Under the pieces are notes generated by a model. That model had not been told where the DNA came from, searched no databases, and saw only the letters and a list, made by a program, of their open reading frames with translations. 64,000 nucleotides of DNA. Origin: Octopus sinensis (taxonomy: Eukaryota). Below are positions 13,935 through 28,520 of the stretch, piece after piece (the first letter of the stretch is position 1; each line of letters begins with the position of its first letter). Both the position numbers and the translations under genes were made by a program. The DNA is taken from the NCBI RefSeq assembly GCF_006345805.1, contig NC_043004.1:11780001-11844000 (forward strand), in the 5' to 3' direction.

Positions 13935-15531
13935 AAGATAGACAGGTAGACAGATAGATAGATACATACATACATACATACATACATACATACATACATA
14001 CATACATACTCAGAGTGAGAGAAAGAGGAAGTGGAGAGAGAAAGAGAGATATAGATGTATACATACATACCTATGTATGTGAGTGTATACATATTACAAA
14101 TATATATATACGCACATTCGTACATACGTACATGCATATATATATATAGGAGAAAAGATTGAAATATAAGAGAACGGTTAGAAATAAAGTGCTAAAGTGC
14201 ATCGGCAGAAACTAATAAAGAGACAGGATGTAAAGGTGAACAGCGTCCAGTTAATGAAATTATGTTTCTCCAGGTAAAAAAAAATATGCTTTCACGAAAA
14301 AGAAAAATAACCAAACAATATAAAAATAAAACGAAGAAAACAGTGTTTCTACAACATAACAACTTTGATACACTTTGCCATCACGCACTTAACAATGACT
14401 CGAACGAAAGAGAGAAAAAAAATCGTAAGAAAATAAGTAGAGTGTTAAAAACTGCAAAATAAATTACTTGATGAAGAGAAAGAACAACAGATTACACTAA
14501 GAATGGCGTGGTGAGGTATGTGGAATAAACTGAATGGTAAATTATCCAAAGAAGTGTTTTTATGGTTTGAGTAATTTGTTTGGTAAATGGAAGTTATGTC
14601 TAGACAATGACTACGTAAACAACGAAGGAGAGGTACTGCGGTCGGTACAAACGAAGGAATGGTGCTTGCGTGTGTTTATAGGTGTGTTTATGTGTGTGTG
14701 TATGTATGTATGTGAGCGTGGGTGTCTGCGGTTGTGAATGTACTTGTGTGTATGTGTGTGTGTGTGTGCCACCGAGTGTGAATAGATGAAACTGTCAGTG
14801 TGCAATATAAGAATGAGATGTTTTAAGACATGGTGGAAAAGAACAAGATTAATTGTTGAAACAGTGGACAACCCCCCTCTCTCTCTCTCTCTCCTCTCTC
14901 TCTCTATATATATATATAATATATATATATTATATATATTATATATATATACATATATATGTATATATATATATTTACTTGAAAAAGGGTGCGTGGCGTT
15001 TGATTATATTATAATATAAATAATATACAAATATATGCATATATAAAAACATATATGTACATATCTACATACATATGTATATATACATGCATACATGGGT
15101 ACGGGACATAAAAAAAAACCTTGAACACAATGAGAAACGAAAACATAAAAACAAAAACATAGAAAGGAACTTTTTTCAAACAACGAAAAAACAGAGAAAC
15201 AGGACACAACAAGTTGTCCCTGTTCCATCTACTCCGCGAATCGAAGGTAAGGACAAGACGTGACCACGTTGAAACAGTCCTTCCCGCAAAGCAAATTAAA
15301 TAAAATTTGGGATTTTTTGCGGAGGATGAAAATTGTAACAAGAACAGGACAGTAAGAACAAAACAGTAAAACAATAAAAACGTAAAAACAGTAAAAGACA
15401 GAACAAGGAGAACAAATCAGTAAAAACAAACGTTAAGTCAAGACGATGGAAAGAGTATTCTGAACGCTTAAAGGGACAGCTTATGAATGTATATACATAT
15501 ATATGAACACATTCGTATACGTAAATACATA

Positions 15532-17223
15532 CCGTGAGGTGGGGTAAGTGTGCATCTCAAGGGTTAACTGTGTACCCATGTAAAATATTTTTTTTTTAAA
15601 TGTCATAGCACACACTAGTGATGTCGATCTTTTCTTCACAGGTGCTGACCTGTTTACGAGTCCCAGTGTTGTTTGATGTGAAAACAACCATACCTGTGAG
15701 AGACATTAAGAGGCCATTGGGCAGATTTGAAACCCGAAGAGCAATATTGTCTGATCTAGTGAACATCTGGAAAGTGGAAATACTAGGAGTAAGCTACCTA
15801 TGATAAAATTGACCTAGAGCATTGATTTTTTGGCACATTTGTGACATATCCTGACGGAGATTTACACTAACTTACATGTCCCTAGATGGAAGTATTAGTA
15901 AGCAATACCATGTTAAAATAAGGTGGGGCTATGACAATAACACTTATTTGCTGCAGCCACTTGACGTTGCAGTCTATGCCCCAATGAAAGCAGCATGGAA
16001 GACAGTTCTTACTGAGAAGAAGATGGTGATGGAAAGTTCTATACGACCTTGCTAAAGATTTATTCCCTAAAGCTGCTGTTTACCCTGCTGAGCAAAATGG
16101 AACGCAGAAAAGAATATGCTGTGGATGGGTTTCGAACAACAGGACTCTATCCTCTTAACAGACAGAATGTTCTTAGCGAGATTTCAAAGCCAGAATCAAC
16201 ATCACATCTGGTAAGCCATATTGTTATTGAACATCTGACGCAATTTCGAGAAGTTTCAGCTAAAAAACCTGCAGCGGCTCGGTGAGGAAATATGATGCAC
16301 ATTTCACTGGGAAAAAGCATCTACATGAATGATGTTACTGCAGGTTAATCTGACCTCCAATCTCAGCAAACGAAACCCCCCAAAAAAGCCACCTATCGAC
16401 CTAGACGACTGTACTTCTGAAGGACCTTAATACCCTACCTTTATTCCAAGCTTATGAAATGTGGCAGTACTTGAAGCTACCACTCCTGAAGAATCCCAGG
16501 AAAATTCAGAGCGTACCACCGGTACTAGTGACACATCTAATAGGAAGTTAGAAAATGGGTCCTATGTGACTGTAAGATTTTTAGGGATGAATACACCATA
16601 CCATTATGTTGGTAAACTTTTACATGAGGAGGCAGAGGACTCGTGGATTATTCAGGACTATAGGTGCTGCTCTGGAGAGTCTGGCTTTTATATTTCCTTT
16701 AAAGACCCACAAAATCTTAACTGCTAAAGTACAGACAAAGAATCAATTGTTAGAAACTTTGCAAAACCTTTATTTGTGAAAAGGATGCCTTTGGTGAAAT
16801 AGTAATGCATTAAAAATGTTTTTATAAAGCATCAATTTTTTTTTTTGTCTTTGAATTATTAATTTTCATTTTTATACTTACCACTGCATCAATTACCATA
16901 CCAATTAATAGCTAAATGCTTTTTAGGAGAAATGCTTATGTTATGTATCATTTGCACGCCTAGTCTTTTATAACTCATTGTATTTAAGATACAAAAATAA
17001 AGCTGGTGCACAATTGCAACAAAGCGTGGCATAAACATGCACCCATACCTTTTTGATCATATCTATTTGTGTAATTTGTCTAGAAATGTGACTATATACG
17101 CAAAAGTTTGTACTAATAAAGAGATGGAAAAGCATGTCTCATTTTTTCATTAACCCCCTGGATCGTTGTTTTATTACAAAAAAAATAGTAAAGAAAAAGG
17201 TGCACAGTTACCCCACATCGCGG
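15532..17223 (+). mobile_element. pogo/Tc2-group DNA transposon, internally deleted and decayed
   Basis: TIRs ccgtgaggtggggtaagtgtgca and tgcacagttaccccacatcgcgg, both flanked by TA. DDE_1-type motif TYLLQPLDVAVYAPMKAAWK from 15942, then GFRTTGLYPLN; frameshifts and stops. Confidence 0.85.
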
Positions 17224-17298
17224 TATACATATATATATATATATTTATAGACAGACACACAGATATATATATATATGTATTTATAGACACACACACAG

Positions 17299-17362
<64 letters not shown>

Positions 17363-18244
17363 TAGAATTTAGGTGACATGCCTGATGACGTAAGGTGGAA
17401 GGTATATGCAATTTACACTCGGGTTCTTGAAGTCTATCTAAAATCAGGGATGTTAAAGTTGCCTGATGACGATTGGCTATAAGCAGTGTGTCAATTGAGT
17501 AGGCATAAATATATAAGAATAAAAGTATAAGCCAGCAAACAACTGGTATCGGGTTAGATTATTACATTTATATACTTAAACATGAGGGTTAAGTTATTAC
17601 AAGAATATCGGACATTATGAAGAAAGAAGTAGGAAGGAAGGTGTGCAGATGTTTTCTTACAGCTGTTTCAGAAACAGATGCGTTTTCCTGTAAATGAACG
17701 GTAGCTATCCATAGTGTAGAGATCTATGTCATCATCGAAGAGGGAATGAGGTGGATAAGCTATCTACTAAGGGCCTACTTCATTCTCACTCTGATTATAA
17801 ACACAGACAGACAGACACACAGACACACACGCACACACACATAAAGAGAGAAGGGCCGGGAGAAAGATAGAGAAAGGTAGAGAGATTGTAAGAGGAGGAA
17901 AGTGGGAGGGACGAAGATACATGGAGTGTTTGTGAAAGTAAGTCAGAAAATAGTTTATATACTGACAAATGAAAAATTTGTTTCTTCATACAGACATGTT
18001 AGTACTCTATATATCCATGTTAATATAAGGCATAAATGGTTATTAATCTAATACATGTCAGCGGGAATGTAGCATATGTTAACTGCAATAAGTTAAGTGG
18101 TAAACATGCAGAAGGAGAATGCAAATTTTCTTAAGTATAAAAGACAAAGAATACTGACTTGGGCAAAAAGTATTCGTGAATTTAAAAATATAGGCATGCA
18201 TACATGTCTGAATATACGTATGTATTTATGCATGTATATTTAGA

Positions 18245-18400
<156 letters not shown>

Positions 18401-18495
18401 TGTGTAAATTACTATTATTATTATTATGATGATTATGATTATTATCATTATCATCATCATCATCATCGTCATCATCATCGTCGTTGTCATCATCA

Positions 18496-18665
18496 GGACG
18501 GCGAGCTGGCAGAAACGTTAGCACACCGGGTATTTCGTCTGCCGCTTCGTTCTGAGTTCAAATTTTGCCGAGGTCGTCTTTGCTTTTCATCTTTTCGGAG
18601 TCGATAAAATAATCGACTATCCCCTGCCCCAAATTTCATATCTTGCGCCTGTTGTAGAAAGGATC
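18496..18665 (+). mobile_element. tRNA-derived SINE family B
   Basis: ggcgagctggcagaaacgttagcac...gttctgagttcaaatt...tttgcttttcatcttttcggagtcgataaa; more than 12 copies in the window. Confidence 0.8.
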
Positions 18666-18687
18666 ATCATCATCATCATCATCATCA

Positions 18688-18730
<43 letters not shown>

Positions 18731-19269
18731 CATTATTATTATTATTATTATTATTACAGCAATATCATATATTCTCCACTATTTCAGTATTACGTGTTAA
18801 AAGTGAAACAAAAAACATCTCTCTTAATTGTAATGTCAGATACTTTCACTTTAATACTGAAACTATACAAGAGGTATGAACCATTAACAGTGACATCCAT
18901 TTTGCTAGAAGACGATCCGCTATAGTCCTATATGCTACACCACTGGTTTTCAATTCATATTAATCAAATTAATATTCAATTACTCACCCTTATTTTAAAT
19001 TTAAATTTAAACCCAGGATCAGGTGTTTTAGAACGAAGTTTGTTACCACACAGCCACACCTGCACCTATGTATGTGTGTGTGTATGTGTGTATAGCTGTA
19101 TATGTATACATTTATTTCTATAGATATAGATGTATATGTATACATGTATATGTGTAGATGAATATATATATATAGATGTACAAGTAATATGTACACATAT
19201 ATATTCACATATATACATGCATACATATATACACCCATACACACATACACACACACACACACATGCATA

Positions 19270-19585
19270 GGTGCAGGTGTGGCTGTGTAATAACAAACTT
19301 CGTTCCAAACCACATGGTCCTGGGTTCAGTCCCACTGTGTGGTGACTTGGCATGTGTCTTCTGCTATAGCCTCAGACCAACCAAAGCCTTGTCCGCGGAT
19401 TTCGTAGGCAGAAACTTAAAGAAATCAATCGTATATATATGTATGTATATATATGTAAGTCTGTGTGTGTGTCTTTGTGTTTCTCCCTCATCACTGCCTC
19501 ACAACTGCTGTTCGTTTATTTACATCCCATAACTTACTGGTTTCACAAGAAGAAAACTGATAGAATTAGTACCAGGCTTATCAAA
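19270..19585 (+). mobile_element. Diverged SINE family A copy
   Basis: ggtgcaggtgtggctgtg...ccacatggtcctgggttcagtcccactg...gatagaattagtaccaggctta. Confidence 0.75.
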
Positions 19586-19755
19586 ATAAAAAAGAACACT
19601 AGGCAGTATCTCATATTTTTGTTTGCCCACACAATTTATCTTTGTGTTTGTGTATACATACATACATACATACATACATACATACATACATACATGCATA
19701 CATACATACATACATGCATACATACATACATACACACACATATATATATATATAT

Positions 19756-19756
<1 letters not shown>

Positions 19757-19789
<33 letters not shown>

Positions 19790-20330
19790 CTAGTTTCAGC
19801 TTATGAGCTGTGGCCATGCTGGGGCACCGCCATTTGGTGTTGCTACTTGGTTTCACTTCATGGAGGCTTTCTAGCAACTGCTATTTGGTGCATGAGAGAG
19901 TTCGATGCAGCTGCCCTCATCTGCCCCTCCTGCCGTGAAGTTGGTTCATCTGGGACACCTGACAGGAAGAGATCCAGCTTCATTTTAAAGACATCTGTAT
20001 CCACCCCATGCAGGTCTCTCAGGTTCTTCGGGAGGATATTGAAGAGCTGTGGGCCTCGGAAGCCCAGGCTATCACAGAATCTTGTCCTACATCTTGATGG
20101 CAGGTTTGGAGTCCTAGGCACCACGCAGTGGCGCCCAGTTCTGGCATTTGCGTAACTCTCGATGCCAAAGTTCAGGACACTTCCCTCCAGGATCTTCCAG
20201 ATGTATATTATGGCATATCTTTCCCGCCTACGCTCCAGGAAATATAATTTTAATCTCTTGAGTCTTTCCCAGTAGCTTACATTCTGCATAGAGGCTATCT
20301 TCTTTGTGTAGCTTCGTTGGATCGCCTCAA
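19757..20330 (-). mobile_element. CR1-group LINE 3' end (ORF2 C-terminus, 3'UTR, (AATC)n tail)
   Basis: Translation LEAIQRSYTKKI...SYWERLKRLKLYFLERRRERY...GPQLFNILP...FKMKLDLFLSGVPDEP is typical of the CR1/L2-group ORF2 C-terminus; it ends in a short tandem-repeat tail. Confidence 0.85.
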
Positions 20331-21151
20331 GTATAAATATATATGGATTTCGTAGACAGAAACTTAAAGAAATCAATCGTATGTATATATTTAAGTGTAT
20401 GTGTGTGTCTTTCTGCTTCTCCCTCATCACTGCTTCACAACTGCTATTCGTTTATTTACATCCCCATAACTTACTGGTTTCACAAGAAAAAAACTAATAG
20501 AATAAGTACCAGGCTTATCAACATAAAAAAGCGCTACGCTGTGTCTCATATTTTTGTTTGCCCACTCAGTTGTATCTATCAATTTATCTTTGTGTGTATA
20601 TATATATATATATATATAATACATACACACACGCGCACACAGACACACACACACACACACACATATATATAGATATATATTATATATATATATATAATAT
20701 AATATGAATATATATATTGATATATATACATGTATGTATATGTGTACATTCATATTTATTGTATCAAACACAATGTTTTTATGTGTTCGTGTATTAATTA
20801 TACATTCGAAAACTTCTGCACCGATCATAATGAAATTTGGAACACAAAATCGAAGCCTAGGGAGAAGGGTAATGCTGTGTGTTTCATACAATTTCATGGC
20901 TCCTTATGATATTTGAAACTTTGATTCAATGCATAAGGGCGGGTATAATGCAATATGTTTGGTTTGAATTTCAGATGGATTAAAGAGGGAAGAACTCCCA
21001 CATGAAAATTCATAAATTTTCGATGTTGATGAAATTTCAACCATGGGTAATTGACACGCATCAAGAAATATTCTCAAATTTTCCACTTCACATGAGGATT
21101 CTAAGACACCTTAATGGGGGCCTTAACTCCCAAATTTTAGTCATTTCTTTT

Positions 21152-21489
21152 AGTCATTTTATCGATCTCGTTTGGCGAACCGCTAAGTCATTTTATTAAT
21201 CTCGTTTGTCAACCGCTAGGTCATTTTACAGATCTTGTTTGTCGAACTGCTACGTCATTTTATCGATCATATTTGGCGACACGCTAAGTCATTTTATTGA
21301 TCATGTTTGGCGACACGCTAAGTCATTTCATCGATCTCGTTTGTCGACACGCTAAGTAATTTTATCGGTCTAGTTTGGCGAACCGCTAAGTCAATTTATC
21401 GATCTCATTTAGCGAACCGATGAGTCAATTTATCGATCTCGTTTGGCGAACCGCTAGATCATTTTATCGATCTCGTTTGTCGAACCGCT
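21152..21489. repeat. 34-bp minisatellite, about 10 copies, SINE-derived
   Basis: Consensus agtcattttatcgatctcgtttggcgaaccgcta. Confidence 0.9.
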
Positions 21490-22604
21490 GCAGTGTTCGC
21501 GTTCCCGTAACGTAGCAGTTCGGCAAACGACACCGATAGAATATATAAGCACTGGAGTCGACTGAAATTTCAAGGCGGTGCCCCACATTGTACGTTTATA
21601 TACTACTAAAATGTAACCTTTTTTAACTTATAATTTTCCTCTGAACTTTTTAATAATTCTTTCTGTAAAGTGTTTTTAACATTTTCGTAAGAATGTATAT
21701 ATATATATTGTAATCTTTTGTGACCAATATTTCAATGAACTTGTTAAATTTTTTTATATTTTCCCAAGATTTTCCCTTGTAAACTGTTTTTAACATGTTC
21801 TTATTATTATCAAAGAATATATGTATATATTGTAATATTTTGTGACAACCAGTACCTAATACAACAAAGCTTTTACATGTTACTTTTGACAATCTTTTTC
21901 TAAAAAAGTGAAACCGGTCGAGTAAATAATCATCTTTTAAAATTGCATTTTCAAACCTTCTTTCATATATATATATATATATTTATATATATTATATATA
22001 ATATATATATTTATATATACATTTAAGAATATATGTATATATACATTTATATATATATAAATGTATATATTTATAAATACTTGTAAATATATACATATAT
22101 GTGTTTATATATACACATGTATATATATCCATATATATATACGTATATATATATATATATGTATATATATGCATATATATATGCATACATATATATACAT
22201 ATATATGTATATACATACATTATATATATATATATATATACATATATATATGTGTGTGTGTCTGTTTGTGTGTGTGCGTGTGTGTGTATGTGTGTGTGTC
22301 TCTTTGTATGTTTGTTTGTGCGTCTTTGTGTGTGAGTGTGTGTGTATAAAAGCGTGAGTGCGTGTGTGCGGGTGTGAGTGTTTCTGTGTCTGTGTGTGTG
22401 TCTGTGTTTGTCGCCGACACCACCACCACTTCACGACTGGTGCTGCAGTGTTCGCGTTCCCGTAACGTAGCAGTTTGGCAGACGACACCGATAGAATATA
22501 TTAGCACTGGAGTCGATTCCTTCGACTAACAGTTCATTCGACTAAAAGCTCAAGGTGGTGCCCCACCATGGCCGCAGTCTAATGGCTGAAATAAGTAAAA
22601 GAAT

Positions 22605-22760
22605 GAAGTGGCTGTGTGGTAAGTAACTTGCTAACCAACCACATGGTTCCGGGTACAGTCCCACTGCGTGGCATCTTGGGCAAGTGTCTTCTGCTATGGC
22701 CCCGGGCCGAGCAATGCCTTGTGAGTGGATTTGGTAGACTGAAACTGAAAGAAGCCTGTC

Positions 22761-22809
<49 letters not shown>

Positions 22810-23032
22810 GTGTGTGTGTGTGTGTTTGTGTATCTGTGTTTGTCCCCCTAGCATTGCTTGACAACCGATGCTGGTGTGTTTACGTCCCCGTCACTTAGCA
22901 GTTCGGCAAAAGAGACCGATAGAATAAGTACTGGGCTTACAAAGAATAGGTCCCGGGGTCGATTTTCTCGACTAAAGGCGGTGCTCCAGCATGGCCGCAG
23001 TCAAATGACTGAAACAAGTAAAAAAGTAAAGA
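22605..23032 (+). mobile_element. SINE family A, full length
   Basis: gtggctgtgtggtaagtaacttgc through aaggcggtgctccagcatggccgcagtcaaatgactgaaacaagtaaaa. Confidence 0.9.
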
Positions 23033-23052
23033 GTAAATATAAACATATATAC

Positions 23053-23190
<138 letters not shown>

Positions 23191-23217
23191 TATATATATT
23201 ATATATATTATATATAT

Positions 23218-23249
<32 letters not shown>

Positions 23250-24389
23250 CATATACATACATGTGTGTATCTATGGAGTGTGAATATATTAAGTATATAT
23301 GTAGATTCATAAATGTATTTATGTGTGGGTGGCTGTTTACAAGCGCATATGCGTGAGGGAATGTATATAAATGCATGTGTATTATACACAAGAATAAATA
23401 AATGCAGGTATATACACGCATATACGCATGCACCTACATACTCTCACTCACACGAAGATGTTCATACGTAATAATTACTTGGAAAACATGATATTATGAC
23501 GACCAGACCACGACAACCACGACTACTACTAACACCTCTACATCCACCGACAACACCACCACCACTAGCTACAACAACAACAACAACAACAACAAACATA
23601 GAATATTGAACTAGTGCTAGTTCAAGAATAAACAAGACTTACTTCTGTAAACTAGCGATGCTATATATGTTTAGATATCAGATAATGCAATGAATGTTGA
23701 AGAACAAAGAATCACAGAATCACAGAATCAAAGAATCAAAAGAAAGTGTAAAAAGAGACAGAAATTTTTGGTATACTTCAATTCCTGTCATATATTCTTT
23801 CTTTCTTTTGTATTTTTCTAGCTTAACGCTTTAAATAGAAGAAATTATAGAGTAAACCAAATGAAAATGTAACTTTTATACAAGAAACCATTGCGAAAAA
23901 AAAAAAAATCCTATTGTTATTGCAACTTCTGAAGAATAGGTTTGGTGATTCGTCAACTGGTTATTGGTTCTTTAAATCTAGAAGCAGCAAACGTTATATC
24001 GATGTTGCTGTTGTTGTCGTTTCAGATGCAGATGTTGGCGTTGTTGTTGATGTTGTTGTTACGTTCTTTTAGACTTTCATTTTTGTTTGTCGTTCATTTT
24101 GCATTCGCTTTTATTTATTTATTTACCTATCTATTTATTTAGTAATTTAGTTATTTATATCTCTTATTTTATTATATTTTATTATATTTCTTTGTCTTGT
24201 TTTTTTTGCTCTTGTTGTTGTTGTTGTTTTTTGTGTGTGTTTTGTCTTTTGTCTTTGAATCGTCATCACAACACGACGAAACTGGATAGATAATTAATGT
24301 ATATGTTTTGGGGTGCTGTCTATGTGTTTATATCTGTCTATTTATATATCATTGTTTGCCACTCTCTCTCTCCCTCTCTATCTCTTTCG

Positions 24390-24427
<38 letters not shown>

Positions 24428-25922
24428 CAAAGCGTGAGTGTGTGTATATGCATGGCTGTATGCATCCATATCTACGAATAAAATTGAAAACGCATGTAAC
24501 ATATAGACATCATATACATGTATACAAATATGTGTGTGCGTGTGAGTTTATGAACGTATATATATATATATGTATGTATTTATGCATGTATGTGTGTGTA
24601 TATATACGTACAAAGAGGGAGAGAGTGTGACATATATATTTATATAGACAGACGTTTAAACATGTAATTATATGCAACACTGTTAGTGTCTGTATTTGTG
24701 TGCATGTGTTTGTAGTAGTAGTAGTAGTGGTAGTAGACGACATATCTAGGTGAAGAATAGCAATAGCATCAAAGACTTTCTTTTGTAAGAAATTCTAACG
24801 GAACAAGACAGACCTCAGTCACAAACTTTACAATCAAAACGGTCTGAACCTAAGAAAATAGAAACGCGCGCGCGCACTAATATATATACACATACATACA
24901 TTCATACATACATACATGCATACATACATATATATGTGTGTGTGTGTGCATGTGTGTTCGCATGTATGTGTGTTATGTGTTTGCATGTCTGTGTTTATTT
25001 GGGTCTCTCTGTCTTTCTTTGTCTTCTAACTTCGCTCTCTCTCTCTCCCTCCCTCCCTCTCTCGCTCCCCCCCTCTTTATATGTATCTATCATTTAGTGT
25101 ATATATATGTCTGTGTTGACATTTGTCTGTGTGCGCATGCGTTACTGTTTGTGAAAGTATAAGTATCTATTCCTACGTTCGTATATTTTCCTATTTTCCT
25201 TTTTGACATTTGATAAAGTTTGTTTACGGGGGAGTCAGAGCTTGTCCAGAAAACTGTTCCTATAATGGCCAGACAGCCTATACGTTTTTTATCAGACAAC
25301 ATTTTCAAGTGGGTAACATTATCTAATGTATTCTTCGTGTTTTTACATCAAAACATATTTCTAAATGTGCAGTTTGGAAGTCATTTCAGCGCGATTTCTA
25401 AAAACCTCATAATACGATATAATCAACTGAGATAAAATTAAAATAGTGAAATGTATGAATTTTATGTTTCTTTTCCTTCAAAGAATTTCGATCCTAGGCC
25501 TATTTCTTAGAAAGCGCATCTTCACCTAGTTTAAAGTTATTTCAATGGTATCAATAATTGAACCACATTTTGCTGAAAAGATTTAATTAGACCCGAACAT
25601 GCACAGACTTGTCGAAAGACCTGCCAAGAATCAGATGTATTTGACCAGTAACATAGGTTCATTTAATTTTTTGATCACTTGTATATTTAAGGGATTCCCT
25701 CCCACGTTCCTTTTGGGAATAATTTTCATTATCAGCAATGGCTTTTTAAATTGATTGTTGTTATAATTCAATACTATTTTCGAGTCATCACCTTACCATA
25801 ATATTTCAGTAACTATATATTCGTAAGTGTGTGCATCAATGCGTGTATAAATATATATATATATATATATTCATACATGTATATTATATACATACATGTA
25901 TGTTTATATATATATATATATA

Positions 25923-25953
<31 letters not shown>

Positions 25954-26063
25954 TCATACATTATATTATATACATACATATATGTTTATATATATATATT
26001 ATATATATATATATATAAATTCATACATGTATATTATATACATACATATATGTTTATATATAT

Positions 26064-26107
<44 letters not shown>

Positions 26108-26134
26108 ATATATATATAATATATATATATATAT

Positions 26135-26498
26135 GTCCCACTGCGCGGCATCTTGGGCAAGTGTCTTCTGCTAAAGCCCCGGGCCGACCAATGCCTTGTG
26201 AGTGGATTTGGTAGACGGAAACTGAAAGAAGCCTGTCGTATATATGTATATATATATGTGTGTGTGTGTGTATGTGTGCGTGTGTTTGTGTATGTGTGTT
26301 TGTCCCCTAGCATTGCTTGACAACCGATGCTGGTGTGTTTACGTCCCTGTCACTTAGCGGTTCGGCAAAAAGATACCGATAGAATAAGTACTGGGCTTAC
26401 AAAGAATAAGTCCCGGGGTCGATTTGCTCGACTAAAGGTGGTGCTCCAGCATGGCCGCAGTCAAATGACTGAAACAAGTAAAAGAGTAAAGAGTAAAA
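26135..26498 (+). mobile_element. SINE family A, 5'-truncated
   Basis: gtcccactgcgcggcatcttgggcaag through gactgaaacaagtaaaagagtaaagagtaaaag. Confidence 0.9.
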
Positions 26499-27919
26499 GA
26501 TATATATATATATATACATACATACATGTATGTTATATACAGACATATATATATATATACAGACATATATGTTTATATATATATATATATTATATATATA
26601 TGTATATATATACATACATGTATATTATATATATACAATACATGCACATAAATATATGCATATACATATACATATCTATATATACATATACATATCTATA
26701 TATATTCACACACACTCACACACATATATATGTATATATGTGTGTATATGGTATATGTGCGTATGCATCTATATATATATTTACATATATGTGTATATAC
26801 ACATATGAATGTACATATGTATAAGCATTGATATACTTATTGATATATCGCAATACATATATATGTATCAATACATATATGTATGTGTGTATATACATAT
26901 ATGTGTATGTGGGGAGAGAGAGAGAGAAGGAGAGAGTCACACACATTAAATCATGCGTGTGTTCGTACATGTGAGTGTGTAAGCGTTAACGTATGGTTAT
27001 AGAATCTATACATACATCTCTACGTTCTGCCAGTTTGTTTTCGTTTCCTTATTTTTCTTTCTCATATTTTTCCTAGATTTTTTTTCCCTCTGACACATGG
27101 TACTTCTTTTATCTAATGAATGTCATAGTTTGTCTACGCCTGTAGACAAACATATCTACATTACGACTGCTAAACATATATATTGTCAATAGAACTAGAA
27201 TTATTATTGCCTAGATATAAATTTTATTTTCCTTCTGTATGTATATATATAGACTATTGTTTCGAAATCTATTCTTGATCGCCGTATTTTTGTAGGGTTT
27301 AAAGTTCAAATTCAATTTTTTTTAAGATTAAAATATATTTTTAAACTATTCTTTTAGAATGAATAAACGCATGAGTTACTACAAAGGAAAGGAAGCGCAT
27401 TATATAGAGTGTGGTGTTGACGCTTTTAAAAATGGCAACAAATTTGTAGAGTCGTTAGAGCGGCAGATAGGATGGCCAGCTTTCGATATTAGTCCTAGGA
27501 TGCCATTGCTGGTTCAAATCTCGCTGAAGCCGACTTTGCATTTTATTGCTTTGGTATCGATGGATAAAATACTAATAAATTAATGGAATCGATTCTGTTT
27601 CTTCTCTTATTCAGAATTACTTAAAGCCGATGAGAATTTGTTTGTGTTACTTCTTGAATCATTTAAACTCATAAGGCTGATTTCTCCGTTTCTGTGGCAT
27701 TTAAACCCCTCCTGGGTGGGACTTCTGTCCGTCGCATGTTTACTCATTTTTGCGATTTGATTGAAATGGAGAAAACGTGAAATAAAGTGTTTTGCTCAAG
27801 AACAGAACGCATTTCCCGACCCAGGAATCGAAACTACAATCTTACGATCATGAGTTCAACATCCCTAATCACTAATCCATGCACCTCCAATGAAACAGGG
27901 TGCATCTACCGTAGTAGCC

Positions 27920-28239
27920 GTATTTCGTCTGTCATTATTTTGTGAGTTCAAATTCCGTCGAGGTCGACTTTGCCTTTCATCCTTTCGGGGTCGATAAATT
28001 AAGTACCAGTTACGCACTGGGGTCGATGTAATCGACTTAATACCTATGTCTGTCTTTGTTTGTCCCCTCTGTGTTTAGCCCCTTGTGGGTAATAAAGAAA
28101 TAGGGTACATGTACCGTTCCGTTATCGGTAGGATCAATATGGTACGTTATACAAGTTCGTCTGATTAATTATATTCACCGACCATGAACGCTATGGCAGC
28201 TCATATTTAAATCCTGTTTTTATTTAATGATGTATATGT

Positions 28240-28297
<58 letters not shown>

Positions 28298-28520
28298 GTG
28301 TGTGCGTGTGTGTGTGCGCGAGCGTAAAAGCGGCGAGCTGGCAAAATCGTTAGCACGCTGGACGAAATGCTTAGCAGTATTTCGCCCGTCGCTACGTTCT
28401 CAGTTCAAATTCCGTCGACTTTGACAGTCATCCTTTCGGGATTGATAAATTAAGTAAGAGTGAAACACTGGGGTCGAGATAATTGACTAGCCCCATCTCC
28501 CAAAATTTCAGTAGAAAGGA
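27920..28520 (+). mobile_element. Two SINE family B copies (about 27920-28103 and 28328-28520)
   Basis: gagttcaaattccgtcgaggtcgactttgcctttcatcctttcggggtcgataaattaagtaccag core. Confidence 0.8.

Noticed and set aside
21152-21489. 34-bp repeat as a CRISPR array
   Set aside because: Units are head-to-tail with no spacers and derive from a SINE.
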